Of a stretch of DNA of 64,000 bases, positions 11,021 through 23,170 are shown piece after piece (the stretch's first letter is position 1; every line of letters begins with the position of its first letter). The notes beneath the pieces were generated by a model that was not told the origin of the DNA, searched no databases, and worked only from the letters and a program-made list of their open reading frames with translations. The stretch lies in contig NC_042998.1 in the NCBI RefSeq assembly GCF_006345805.1, positions 159,712,001-159,776,000 on the forward strand, given 5' to 3'. Both the position numbers and the translations under genes were made by a program. Source of the stretch: Octopus sinensis. Its lineage: Eukaryota.

Positions 11021-12289
11021 TGTATATACAAACATGTATAGACAGATAGAAAGATATCAATACTGAGAGACAATTATTGTTAATTTATTCATGACTGTAT
11101 CACATGTTTGCATTTGTGCATGTGTTCATGAGTATGTGTCTGTTTTGTGCTTTCCTATGAAAGTATCAGTACATTTCTAATCAATTTTTAAAAAGATACA
11201 GAATGTAAACTAGTTATGTGTGCATGTGCATGTGTGTGTGTGTGTCTATATATATATATAATCCTGTGGGTACTGTGTTCGCTCTTATTGGTTATCAATG
11301 CTAGCTAACCATGGCGAATGTAGATAAACTCCAGTTAGTTAAAATTTACTATACTCAGTCAGTAATCACTTGGTAAATCTAAATGTCCTTATAAGGTCTG
11401 CATAGTGTCCATAGAGAAAAATAATGAAATTAAAATCAAGAGAACATCACATCTTTCTTCATCAAGACCTATGCATGTGCATAGGTCTTGATTAACTGTA
11501 AAATAACTTGTATGTGCAAATTTCTGTTCTCCTGATTTTAATTTCATTATATATATATATATATCGTTAATCAAATATATTCCATGAGAATATAAAATAC
11601 TGAATTTCTAATAAGTGCTCTTGGCTTAGTAGGAAAATGTCTGAAACATTAAAGGTATTTAGACATTTAATAAGAGCGATTATATATTATATTATAAAAT
11701 AAGAGCAGGAAAATTACATCAAAAAAATCATCACAGAAGATATACGTCCAAAATAATATTGTATTAATAGATAAATGTATAAATATATAAAGTATGATTA
11801 TTTACAAAGTTTAAAAGTTTAAAATATCTTACGATCATTTCATGAATGTATTACCCTTTGAAATGGAATCTAAAATTCATAATCATTATTAGATAATACA
11901 TCCACTCATCAGAGAGAAAAGGGGTGAACTTCCATGTAGTCAGTCGAATGCTATTTAAAAATATATGAAAAAGATGTTGTTTAAAAAGATACTGGCATAG
12001 ATATGTATTGATACAATCTTGTGCTAAAAATTTTGAAGAAATAATATACATCCATGGCAAAATCCACTGCAGTAATCCATAATGGCTGTGTGTAAATATA
12101 AATCCCATAATTCTGTTTTCTTCAATATTTGATCCATAGATGCAGAAAATAAAAGTAGTTAAATTTTGCCTTTTATATTATATTAATTTACTCTATATTG
12201 GGGCAGTAAATGGCTATTTTTACATTTGCATAAAATATAATAATGATATCTTCCAGTTTTGTATATACAACAATAAAAGGCAAAAATTA

Positions 12290-12420
12290 ACCACTCACAA
12301 GGCTTTGGTTGGCCTAAGGCTATAGAAGAAGACACTTGCCAAAGATGCCATGCAATGGGACTGAACCGAAAGCACGTGGTTGGAAAGCAAGCTTCTTACC
12401 ACACAGCCAGTCCTGCACCT
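12290..12420 (-). repeat. SINE head fragment
   Basis: ccactcacaaggctttggttggcc...accacacagcc matches the reverse complement of the 5' part of the SINE at 29395-29785. Confidence 0.7.
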
Positions 12421-12526
12421 ATTTAGCCTCAATCTAGGTGTGTAGTCAGATGTGATTTTTTTTTCTTAAAATTCTTGGGTTTTTTGCTCCATTGATAATT
12501 TTGCTATATTGATAATTTACTGTAAC

Positions 12527-13603
12527 ATGGAATTGTTTCCTGAACATCTCAAACAACTGTGTTTTTTTGAAGCATGCTAACAATATCCTAATTTTTGATA
12601 TATGCCAAATTCAGAATTCTTCCATTGCTGGATTGACAGTATGGGAGGAGAGATCCTGGCCAAGACAGAGGAAGCCTCTAAAGCTCCTCCAACTACAGAA
12701 GCAGAGGAACCAAAAGAAGAAGCAGCTTAAGAAAATGTGTCTGAGGAAAGTGAAGAGAGTGAAATTAAACTGGAGAATACTGGTGTTGTAGAAGCTGATG
12801 AAGATATTAACCAAAAGTTTGTGAATGAAACCCTGGAAATTACAGATGAAATGATTGAACTGGGAAATGACAAACACAATGGCTAGCAGAGATCACAAAA
12901 AGCTATTGAATTATTGATCGTTGCTATTCAGAACAACCCAACATCAGTTAACCAGTATGCTAAGGGGACCTCTGTTTTTATCAAAATGTTAAAAACTAAT
13001 GCTGCAATCAAAGATTGTGAGAAAGCCATTCTACTCAACCCAGACTCAACACAACCTTATAAATGGTGTGGCAAATCCCACAGTTTGTTGGGAACAGGCT
13101 TACCAAAATCTTTCTACTGCTTATAAATTTAACTATGATGACATTGCTTACAAAATGTTACAAGAGGTCCCCCCAAACACCAAGAAGATCCAAGAACACA
13201 GGCATAAGTATGAATTGAAATGTGTAATGAAAGAAATGAAACAACTGAAAGAAAGAATTCATAAAGACAGGGAGGAATACGTAAAGGCTAATGGTCAGTC
13301 TGGATCAAGTGGCTCAGGTGCTTCTACTGGAGGTGGGTTTGGCATGCCTGGTGGTTTCCTTGGTTTTCCAGGAGCTGGTGGTCCAGGTAGTGGACGAGGT
13401 GGTATCAATGTATCTCAACTACTCAGTGACTCTGATATTTGTCTGGTACCTCAAGATCCAGAAATAGCTGCAGCATTTCAAGACGTCGGTTCCAATCCAT
13501 CCAACATACGTAGATATTAAAATAATCTTAAAGTTCAAAAGTGATTAACAAACTTGCTGCTAAATTCGGTGCCCCTAATCCTCCTCAGGGGGTCAGTTTC
13601 TAA
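12527..13603 (+). pseudogene. ST13: Processed pseudogene of Hsc70-interacting protein (Hip)
   Basis: Across frames: WIDSMGG, SEESEIKLENTGVVEAD, EITDEM, TPR motifs [37 protein letters not shown], Gly-rich linker, STI1-like DPEIAAAFQDVGSNPSNI, and INKLAAKFG. No introns; several stops and frameshifts. Confidence 0.92.
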
Positions 13604-13742
13604 GACAGTATCAAGCAGCTTGCATGTTTATCCTCCTCATTTAGCTTGCAGTTGCATTTGAGCTGTAATATTGATTGATATTTCCTGCAAGTGAGTGAAC
13701 TGTTGTGGTTCTGTTGCAAACATTTTACTCCACTGAAGCTGT

Positions 13743-13746
<4 letters not shown>

Positions 13747-13841
<95 letters not shown>

Positions 13842-14005
13842 GATAGATACATGCATACATACATACATACATACATACATACATACATACATACATACAT
13901 ACATACATACATGCACACATACATACAAACACACACACACAATGATTTTGAAATGGAAAAAGAATGGGTAGGGAGAGACAGACAGACAGACAGATAGACA
14001 GACAA
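13747..14005. repeat. Compound microsatellite (TA)n(TG)n(TAGA)n(TACA)n(GACA)n
   Basis: Direct reading. Confidence 0.95.
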
Positions 14006-14583
14006 ATAGAGAATGTGTGCATATCCTGAAATATTACATTGATCATTTTTATTGAGTCCAGATGGAAATAAGATTGATCAATTGTGACAGGAGATCTAAA
14101 AATCTCTGAACAGTTTATGGTTTCTTATCCATTTCTCAATCATCATCAGTAACAGTGTATATCCCCGCCTCACTTCTACAATAAGCTGACAATATCGGAA
14201 CTGTGCATGTCCTGCTATAGATAATAACTGAGTGATGTCTATGTTTTGATGTCTGTACTTTAAGTTGTGGAAGTTACATAGATGAAGATGATAGAAAAAT
14301 TTAAGAAATATTTTGATGATAATTTGAAGCCTTTTGATATACTCTGATATTTATTAATAAATGGTTCTACCTCCAAAATTTGAGCAAAAACCTTCATATC
14401 AACCATATTTGTATATCTAAGATAATTGTAATATATTAGATGTATATTTATTTTATTTCATTTTATAACATTACGATTGATGAACGATGCTATGTATATT
14501 TGTCCCTATTACTTTAACCCTTTGATGACAAACCCTGTTAATAATCTACTCTGAAGAAGACAGCCATTTTTGTGACATACAAA

Positions 14584-14620
<37 letters not shown>

Positions 14621-14814
14621 TTTATTGTTGTTATTACTGACTGAATTCTGTAAACATACTTTGAATCTGATTTGATTACATTTATTTTTAAAGAGACTAG
14701 CTTTTTCATGATTCTAGCACAAAAATGATGAGCCAATATGATCAACCTTGGAAAGTTGACAAATTCTGAAGCAGAACAAACACATGTCTAAAGTATTACA
14801 CTACCAGCTTATAA

Positions 14815-14845
14815 GATAGTAGTAGTAGTAGTAGTAGTAGTAGTA

Positions 14846-14882
<37 letters not shown>

Positions 14883-14914
14883 TGTGGTGGTGGTGGCAGC
14901 GGCAGCGGCGGCGG

Positions 14915-15006
<92 letters not shown>

Positions 15007-15072
15007 TAGTAGTAGTAGTAGTAGTGGTGGTGGTGGTAGTTGTGGTGGTGGTGGCAGCGGCAGCGGCGGCGG

Positions 15073-15126
<54 letters not shown>

Positions 15127-15175
15127 AGTAGTAGTAGTAGTAGTAGTAGTAGTAGAGTAGTAGTAGTAGTAGTTG
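14815..15175. repeat. Compound (GTA)/(GTG)/(GCA) trinucleotide microsatellite
   Basis: Direct reading; contains an internal duplication. Confidence 0.95.
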
Positions 15176-15569
15176 TCATTGTTGTTTAACTGAGGATCAA
15201 CCCTAGAGGTACAGACTTATGGCACATAAGATCGGTTGCAGTCTGCAAAAGCATAATTTGTTTTTATTTTTATCCCAACACCAGTGATTCAGCTGTGATC
15301 ATCTTGTCTTTCTTTCAGGTCTAATGTATCTAGATCTAGATTATCTAATATGCCCTACCTTTTTGAAAAAATAGTGAAATGTGATATGTACTAGATTTAA
15401 CTGCTGCCTTTAGCATATATATAGCAACTCTGCCCAGAGTCTACTTAGCATCCCTGTGCCTCATAGGGATTTATATAATTTTATAATTTTGCAAAAACAA
15501 CTAATTTAATAGATTTTGAAATTTAGCTTGTCATATGTTATACATATTAGAACCAAATACCTTAAGGTA

Positions 15570-15815
15570 TTTATTGAGCACAGCCATTCTGTGGAGCTTG
15601 CAGAATCAGTAGCATGCTGGGCAAAATGCTTAGCGACATTTTGTCTGTCTTTATGTTCTGAGTTCAAATTCTGCCACGGTCCACTTTGCCTATTGTCCTT
15701 TTGGGGGCCTACAAAATAAGTACCAGTCAAACACTGGGATCAGTATAATCAACTTACACCCTCCCTACAACTAGCTGGCCTTGTGCCAAAATTTGAGACC
15801 ATTAATTGCAGCCAT
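15570..15815 (+). repeat. SINE with Deu/Nin-like core (family also at 22.7-23.2 kb and 62.6 kb)
   Basis: gagttcaaattctgcc...aaaataagtaccag core shared with 62587-62830; the domain name is from recalled similarity. Confidence 0.65.
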
Positions 15816-15825
15816 TCTCTCTAAT

Positions 15826-17030
15826 TTCTGTTTCCATTACCTTATCATCATACAGCACCCCTAGGTACTTGTATTTTATCATATGCTATCTAATACCATC
15901 ATATTTTATCTTTCAATCTCTCTATGCAATAAAAACTGCAGACTTATTTATCTCAAACTGCATACCTCTGTCCTTGCTAAGTATTCTTACTATTTGTACA
16001 AGAGAATCCAAGGATTTTCTTTCATTCCTTAGTGTATAGTTAGTGTATAGCAAGTGATATATTTTCACTCTAGTTTCAACAAGCTCATAAGCAGGTTTGG
16101 AATTTTTCAGTATACTGGTCAGAGGAATTACCACAATCATGAAAAGTAATGGAGAGAGCAAGTCTCTTTGAAATATACCCCTCTATATTTTCACACTTCT
16201 GCATATCAATTTTACTCCTCATGATCTTATCCTTTTTTTTTTTAAATACTGTTAGTCCTTTCATTGACTTTGAGCATCTTCTGGCACTCCATGTGCTACA
16301 TTTCACAGTGTAACAACTTTTTTTTGTGTGTGTGTGTTTAATCAGTAAATGTTATTTCCTATTTGCTTCTATCTAGAAATCAAAGAAAATGACTACTATT
16401 TCCTTCAAACTATGCTTTTGTGACCTGGACATCAATGTTTCCAAACTGGCCTATTTCCCACTACATTTCAGACACTGAGTTGCTGAAGCAGAAATATCAT
16501 TATAGCAAATATTCTGCTCAATACCACAGATTTGCTTGTCAGCTGCTTGACCTTAACCACTTAGTGACAGACAATATGTGCATCTCTGATCATAAGCAGG
16601 AGTAGTGGGGGAGTATCATAGCCATGTGTTGAGAGGGATTCTTTGGGGTTTGGATAAATGTAAAAAAAGCAATGTTTGAAGGAAATATTAGCCATTTTTC
16701 ATTCTTTCTAGGGGTAAGCATATAGGAAATAACAGTTGCTACCCAATAACAAAAATTGTGTTACACAGTGTTATCATATGCTTTCTTATAGTCTATCCAG
16801 TTAAGAGCTAAGTTCTCTCTTATTTGTTCTTCCCTTACTAGCATACTATCAAATACAACAGATCAAGCAGTTCTCTTTGACTTCATTTTGCATCTCTTTT
16901 GCTCTTCTAGTAATAGACCCTCTTTTGCCAGAAAGTCATAAAATTCTTCTGTTGTGTAGCTAGTTAATAATTTCCAGATACAGTTAGGGAGATAGATTAA
17001 CAGAATTTTTTGAACACATTGTACATAACG
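15826..17030 (-). mobile_element. Degenerate R4/Dong-clade RT fragment interrupted by an insert at about 16310-16680
   Basis: Minus frames give IWKLLTS...LLLEEQKRC...NWIDYKKAYD (about 16.76-17.0 kb) and RGIFQ.D.LSPLLFMIVVIPL...SLDSLVQIVRILSKDRGMQF (15.9-16.2 kb). Confidence 0.8.
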
Positions 17031-17219
17031 CCTTGTAGGTTTTTTTGTCTTGTTATTTTGTTTGTTTTTTTAGTTATGGCTCTTTATGTTCTGAGATCAA
17101 ATCTTGTCATGATCAACTTCACCTTTCATCTTCTGGAGAGTGATAAAATATAGTACTGTGGTTGATGTAATCAAAAAATCCCTTTGCCACATATTTGTGG
17201 CCTTGTGCCTATGCTAAAA

Positions 17220-17266
<47 letters not shown>

Positions 17267-17295
17267 CATCATTATTATTATTATTATCATCATTC

Positions 17296-20200
17296 AGTAG
17301 TTTTATTTTTATAACGTGCTTTCACTTCACTACCGAGAACAGCTCTGTGTGCCTTGGGTATGTGCTGTGATTTGTTGTGATGCTCTGATGGTTACTGTAT
17401 TGAAAGTATTCTGCATAGGATGTGCAGTGCCTAGTAGTGCAATTTTCTGTATGTTATATGTGTTTGTAAGTCCTGGTGTTTTTGTTATGTATTTGTCTGA
17501 ATATTTTTTTATCATGCCTAATGCACCTATTATTTTTTTTTTATTTTTTTTTTTTTTGTACTTGTTTCAGTCATTTGACTGCGGCCATGCTGGAGCACCG
17601 CCTTTAGAGTGGTGAAAGAGTACAGCAGGGAACACCACCATCCCCTGCCGGAGCCTCGTGGAGCTTTTAGGTGTTTTCGCTCAATAAACACACACAACGC
17701 CCGGTCTGGGAATCAAAACCGCGATCCTCCGACCGCAAGTCCGCTGCCCTAACCACTGGGCCATTGCGCTGTCCGCTGCCCTAACCACTGGGCCATTATG
17801 ATAGGAATTGTTTCTGTTTTTAGATTCCACATTCTAGTTACCTCTATTTCCAGGTCTTTCTATTTTGAAAGTTTCTCCATTTCTTTTAGAGACACGTTGT
17901 CATCTGCTGGTATTGATACATCAATTAGAAAGCATTTTTTTCTTCATGATATCTGACAACTATATCTGGTCTGTTGGCCTTAATTTCTCTATCTGTGTGT
18001 ATTGGCATATCCCAGAGTATGGTTGCTTTCTCGTTTTCTGTAACCTTTTCTGGTGTGTGCCTATACCATCTTTTTTCTGTTGTTATTCCATAATGTTGGC
18101 ATAGCTTCCAGTGTATGTAGGTCCCAACTCTGTCGTGTCTGTGAATATATTCCTTCTTAGCCAGGACTGGGCAGCCAGAGATAATATGATTTATTGTTTC
18201 TTGTCCATCTCCACATATTCTGCAGTTACTTGTAATATTTCTTTTCATTACATGTTTTTGGTAATTCCTGGTGGGGCGGCTTTGGTCTTGTGCTGTAATT
18301 AAAAATCCCTCTGTCTCTGCTTTGAGTCCTGAGCTTCTCAACCACTGCTGGGATTTTTCTTTGTCTATTTCTTTTGCATTTAATTTAGTCCAGTACTTGC
18401 AATGAAGGGGCTTTTCTTGCCATCGTTTTATCAAGGTCCGTTGCTGTTCTACTTTTAGTTTTGATTTCATTTGCTTTATAGCTTTTGTTGTGTTTTCTTC
18501 TTCTTCTTTTCCTTCTTCTTCATATTTGTTAGGTGGTATGATTTCTTGTTTGTATTTGTCAACTTCCTTAAATACTGAGAACAATTTTTTGTTTTGCTCA
18601 TGTTTTGCCGCTATTTGTATCAGTTTTCCTTGCTTCTGAAGTAGGTAGTTTTGCAGTCCTATGGTGGTTATTTTGTAGTAGTTTTCCAGCTTTATAAGGC
18701 CTTTGCCACCTTCTATACGTTGTATATATAGCCTTTCTATATCAAATTTTGAGTGATGTATCCTAGATCCTGTCATTATTTTTCTTGTTTTCCTATCTAT
18801 TTTGGTTAGTTCATTTAGCATCCAGTTAAGGATATTGTAGCTGTAACTTATAACTGGGACGGCTAAAGTGTTAATAACCTATTATCTTGTTTTTAGCATT
18901 GAGCTCTGTTTTTAGTATTGATCTAACTCGTCTATAGTATTCTTTCTTTATTTTCTCTTTCATTTGTGTGTGTTGTGTCTTATCTAGTTCATGGATTCCT
19001 AAACATTTGTAGGTTTGGCTTTGGTCTAATTCTCTTATTTCATTGGCTGTTGCTACTCTTAACTAGTTTTCCTCTTCTCAGGGTTACTTTGGCGCATTTT
19101 TCTAATCTAAATTTCATATCTATTTCTTTGGTGAATTCATGAACTGTCTTTAGTAGTGTTCCAGCTGTTTGTCATTTGTAGCGTATAGTTTTAGGTCATC
19201 CATATATAAAAGGTGGCTGATCGTTTTGCCGTAACATTTATATCCGCATCCAGTTCTATTTAGCATATCAGATAGAGGTGACAGTGCCAAGCAGAAAAGG
19301 AATATTCCTCTTCTAATGGGGATGGCTTTGGTTTTCACGAGTCCCTCTTTTGTTTGGAGCTGTAGCACTGTTTGCCATTTATTCATAGTGTCCTATGTAT
19401 TTTATAATTGTTGGTGCTACTTTGTTAATGGCTAGTGTTTCGAGGATCCATGTGTGGGGGATGCTATCAAACGCCTTTCTGTAGTCAATCCAGGCTTTAC
19501 TGAGGCCTTTCTTCTTTCTGTGGCTGTCTTCAGTTATGGCTTTATTGATCATTAGTTGATCTTTACAGCCATATGAGCCTTTGCGGCATCCTTTCTGCTC
19601 TTCTGGAAACAGGTTGTTTCATCCAGGTGCTTGTTTAATCTTTGTGATATTACTGCAGTGAATGCTTTGTACATTGTAGGGAGACATGCTATAGGTTTGT
19701 AGTTTTCTGGTTTTGTTGTCTCATTGGATTTGGGAATTAAGATGGTTTTCCCCTTTGTGAGCCATTCAGGCATTGTCTCTGGCTCTGCCAGTATGTTGTT
19801 AAAGTTTTCAGCCAGCTTTTTGTGCATTCCTGTCAGATATTTCAACCAGAAGTTGGGGATCTTGTCATACCCAGGTGCCTTCAGTTGCTTAGTCTTTGCA
19901 ATGCCTGGGTGACCTCTTCAGTTGTTATGGGGGTCCAAAGTTGCTCAGATGCTGAGTTTGTTGTTTTAATACTCCTTTTTTTTTTTTGGTTGTTCTTTCG
20001 ACGACCATATTTCTTTCCAGAATTCTTCCATTTCTTCTGCCGTTGGTGCTGCAGTGATGTCTATTTTATTTTTGCCAAGTTCTTGTTAGAACTTTTTGGG
20101 GTTGGAGTTGAACTGTTTGTTTTGTTCAAAGAAACGTTGGCGTTTCTCATACCAGCGGATCCTTTGTGCTTTGGCAAGGATATCTTGCTTTAGCTTTTCT

Positions 20201-21591
20201 TTTATCTCAGGTAAATCTTTTTCTGTGATGTTATATTTGCACAGTATTTTTGTTTTCTTTTTGTTGCTTAGTAGCGTTGATTGTATACTGATTTCATTAA
20301 GAATCAACAGATCTTTTCTCATTTTTTGTATTTTTTAATGTTATTTATCCACAGGGTTTGTTTGGGTGGTGGTGCTCCTGTTTGGATGGGTTTGAGGGAG
20401 TATCCAGCTTCTTTTGTGGCTGCAGTGGCTGCCGCATATACTAAGTCATTTAGCTCAGTGATATCGTTATTTGTTTCAGTGGCTATTAGTTCTGTGATGG
20501 CTAGGTTCATGCTGTTTATAATTGATGTTGCTTTTTTGTCTATTTTGATTTTTGGGAGGTATGGTCGGTGGTCTATTTTGAGATGTGTTTTTCGGTTCTT
20601 TGATTATTCTACTTTTTATAGTATCATAATCATTAGGCTCCCCTTCGTTGTTTCCAGGTTTTAGATTTGTGTCGCTTTCTTTCTCATTCATATGTTTGTC
20701 TGTTGTGTTTTGGCTTGCTGCTTGTCGTGCATTATTATGCATCCTTACGGTCTGGGTTTGTTGTTTTTTGTTTACATCATTTTTGTTGGAAATGTTATGT
20801 TTGTCTTCGTGTTTATATTATTTGGCATTGTTGTGTGGCTTCTATCTACATTTTCCTGATGTATTTTTTCTTTTAAATGTTCTATTTCTATTTCTGATAT
20901 TTTTTTTGCATTGAGAATATATCTTCGTACATTAGCTAGTTTATTAGGGTTCATTGCTGTATCGAAGTCTTTGTTTATGATATTTTTCTTCCATATTTTA
21001 GATGTATATGTTGTTGTGTTTTCGTTCTTTGGGTAGAGCACTGCTGTAAAGTAAGTGTGTAGGATTGAAATGTATGCTTTTTTGGTTTTATTTGCAGGAC
21101 GTGAGGAACAACGTCCAGCCCATTATTTTGACGGTCGTCATTTTCGTAGGGTACCAGTCCGTTCATTTCTGTTGTCACATTGTTTTGCATGTGTAGTTTT
21201 TTGTACTTTTTGTGTAACAAATTTAAAGTACGTACTTCCCAATTGTTATTTTTGGGTTGAATAATACCAGTATTATTTAATTTATTCGTAGTTTTTTTGT
21301 ACATGGTGTTTGGGGCCGGAGATGATCTGTTGTTGATGGATCATAATGTATCAAGCATGTTTACATGGTTGGAGATAATATCGAGTTAAAATACATCATT
21401 TCGTTTGGAAAATAGCAATAAATTTCAACGAGTATTACTTACTCAGATATAGTCCAATCCTTTGTCAGTTATTTTTTGGCTCCATGCGATGTCTTTGTTT
21501 CCGATGTTTGTGGATAGATTTCGGAACACTGTTTTATCGCTCTCACATGTTAAACGTCCCCCGGTGTTCTTCCCTGTTAAACGTCCCCCGG

Positions 21592-21595
<4 letters not shown>
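17296..21595 (-). mobile_element. Near full-length, disabled R4/Dong-clade non-LTR retrotransposon (single ORF: RT + CCHC + RLE)
   Basis: YKPIACLPTMYKAFT, HLLYMDDLKLY, WLRSSGLKAETEG, CRICGDGQETINHIISGC, NRPDIVV, QKIALLGTAH. ORF begins at about 21304 and is broken by frameshifts; (TAA)n on both sides. Confidence 0.9.
17545..17797 (-). repeat. Chimeric SINE inserted in the Dong endonuclease region
   Basis: Head matches the SINE at 54685; tail matches the other SINE family. The Dong frame TIPII/GALG is split around it. Confidence 0.75.
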
Positions 21596-21624
<29 letters not shown>

Positions 21625-21685
21625 CATCATTATTATTATTATTATTATCATCATTATTATTATTATTATTATTAATATTATTATT
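21594..21685. repeat. (TTA)n/(TCA) microsatellite between two Dong elements
   Basis: Direct reading. Confidence 0.95.
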
Positions 21686-21689
21686 CATA

Positions 21690-22670
21690 TACACTTAACA
21701 AATTAGACTGTTAGAAATGAAAAGAATCCTAACATTAGGCTACAAGTTGCCTTAGATGCCATGAAACCTATTAGGTTACAGCAAGTAACCCTCCTCAGTA
21801 TCCTAGCTGTCTCTTATAGCACTGTTTTCTGCAGCTGTACTAAACTGGGTTTTATGCCTATTTCCTCTATCCATCTGATCAGATCTTTGGAGATAGTTCC
21901 CAAAGATCTATTGGGATACATTTTACCTGCACTCTCCATAGTCTCTGTAATTCAATATCTAGGTCCTGATACTTTCTTATCTTTTTCTATACTTCTCATG
22001 CAAATTTTTTCATCATTTGGGACTGTAAAGTCAATTATCAGGCACTCTCTATTCACTTTATCTACTACTACCAAATCAGGACTTCTAGGTTTTATTATTC
22101 TATTACTCTGAATGTTAAAGTCCTACAACATCTTGTATTTCTTACATTCTAGTACTTTACTAGGTTCATGTCCATACCATTTATCAGTATGTTCAAATCC
22201 TAGCTTTCTACATAGCTCCCAGTGGATTATTCTCCCTAGATTATCATGTCTTTTCTTGCATTCTTTCTGTGCCAGCATCCTACATTCACTTACTGTATGA
22301 GTAACGCTTTCCTCTTTTGATCTGTATAATCTACATTGGGAATCTACTTGGTTTTTGTCTATCTTGGCATTTATCCAATTAATCCTTAATGCTTGGTCTT
22401 GTGCAGCTACTAACAAACTTTTTGTCTCTCTCTTCAGCTTTCCTTTCTGCAACCATAACCATGTCTCACTACTACTATTTGCTGAAACTATCTTTGGGAA
22501 TCTACCATGCAATGCCTTCTCCTGCCAGTCAGATAATTTCTGTCCTTTTTTCTGGTTTTTAATTTCATTTGGTGTTTTGTTTTCCCTGTCTTGCTGCAAC
22601 TCTAGCAGCTTTCAATAAATTTTCTTCACTATTACTTACATAGGAGTTTATATCTACTCTAGCTAACTCC
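21690..22670 (-). mobile_element. Second R4/Dong-family 3' fragment (CCHC + RLE region)
   Basis: ORF 22123-22599: LHGRF...WLWLQKGKLKRETKSLLVAAQDQAL...CRLYRSKEESVTHTVSEC...RHDNL; downstream frames give QKTVL..TARILR. The sequence differs from the 17-21 kb copy. Confidence 0.85.
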
Positions 22671-22699
22671 ACACAGTTTTTATTATCATTATCCTTATT

Positions 22700-22843
22700 A
22701 TTATTATATTCTGATGAGTCGATTTTACCTTTCAATAAAATAAGTACCAGTTGAGCACTGGCGTCAATGTAATCAACTTGCCCCTTCCCTGAAATTGCTG
22801 GCCTTGTGCCAATATTTGAAACCATTATTATTATTATTATTAT

Positions 22844-22887
<44 letters not shown>

Positions 22888-23170
22888 TTAAAGCAGTTAG
22901 CTAGCAGAACCAGCAACACACTGGATGAAATGTTTAGCAGCATTTTGTCTGTCTTTTACATTCAAAGTTCAAATTCCACTGAGGTCAACTTTGCCTTTCA
23001 TCATGTTGGGGTCAATAAAATAAGCACCAGTTGAGCACTAGGGTCAATGTAATTGATTTACTCACTCTCCAAAGTTGCTGACCTGATACCAAAAATTTGA
23101 AAGTAGTGGGATCAATATAATCAACTGTCTCCCTCTCCTAAAATTTCAGGCTTTGCACCTATAGTAGTAA
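22700..23170 (+). repeat. Deu/Nin-core SINE fragments around a (TTA)(CTA) SSR
   Basis: aaaataagtaccagttgagcactgg core occurs twice. Confidence 0.65.

Noticed and set aside
21443-21500. KDIAWSQKITDKGLDYI resembling an F-box LRR repeat
   Set aside because: A single short match ending in a stop, inside the apparent Dong 5' UTR; no neighbouring LRRs.
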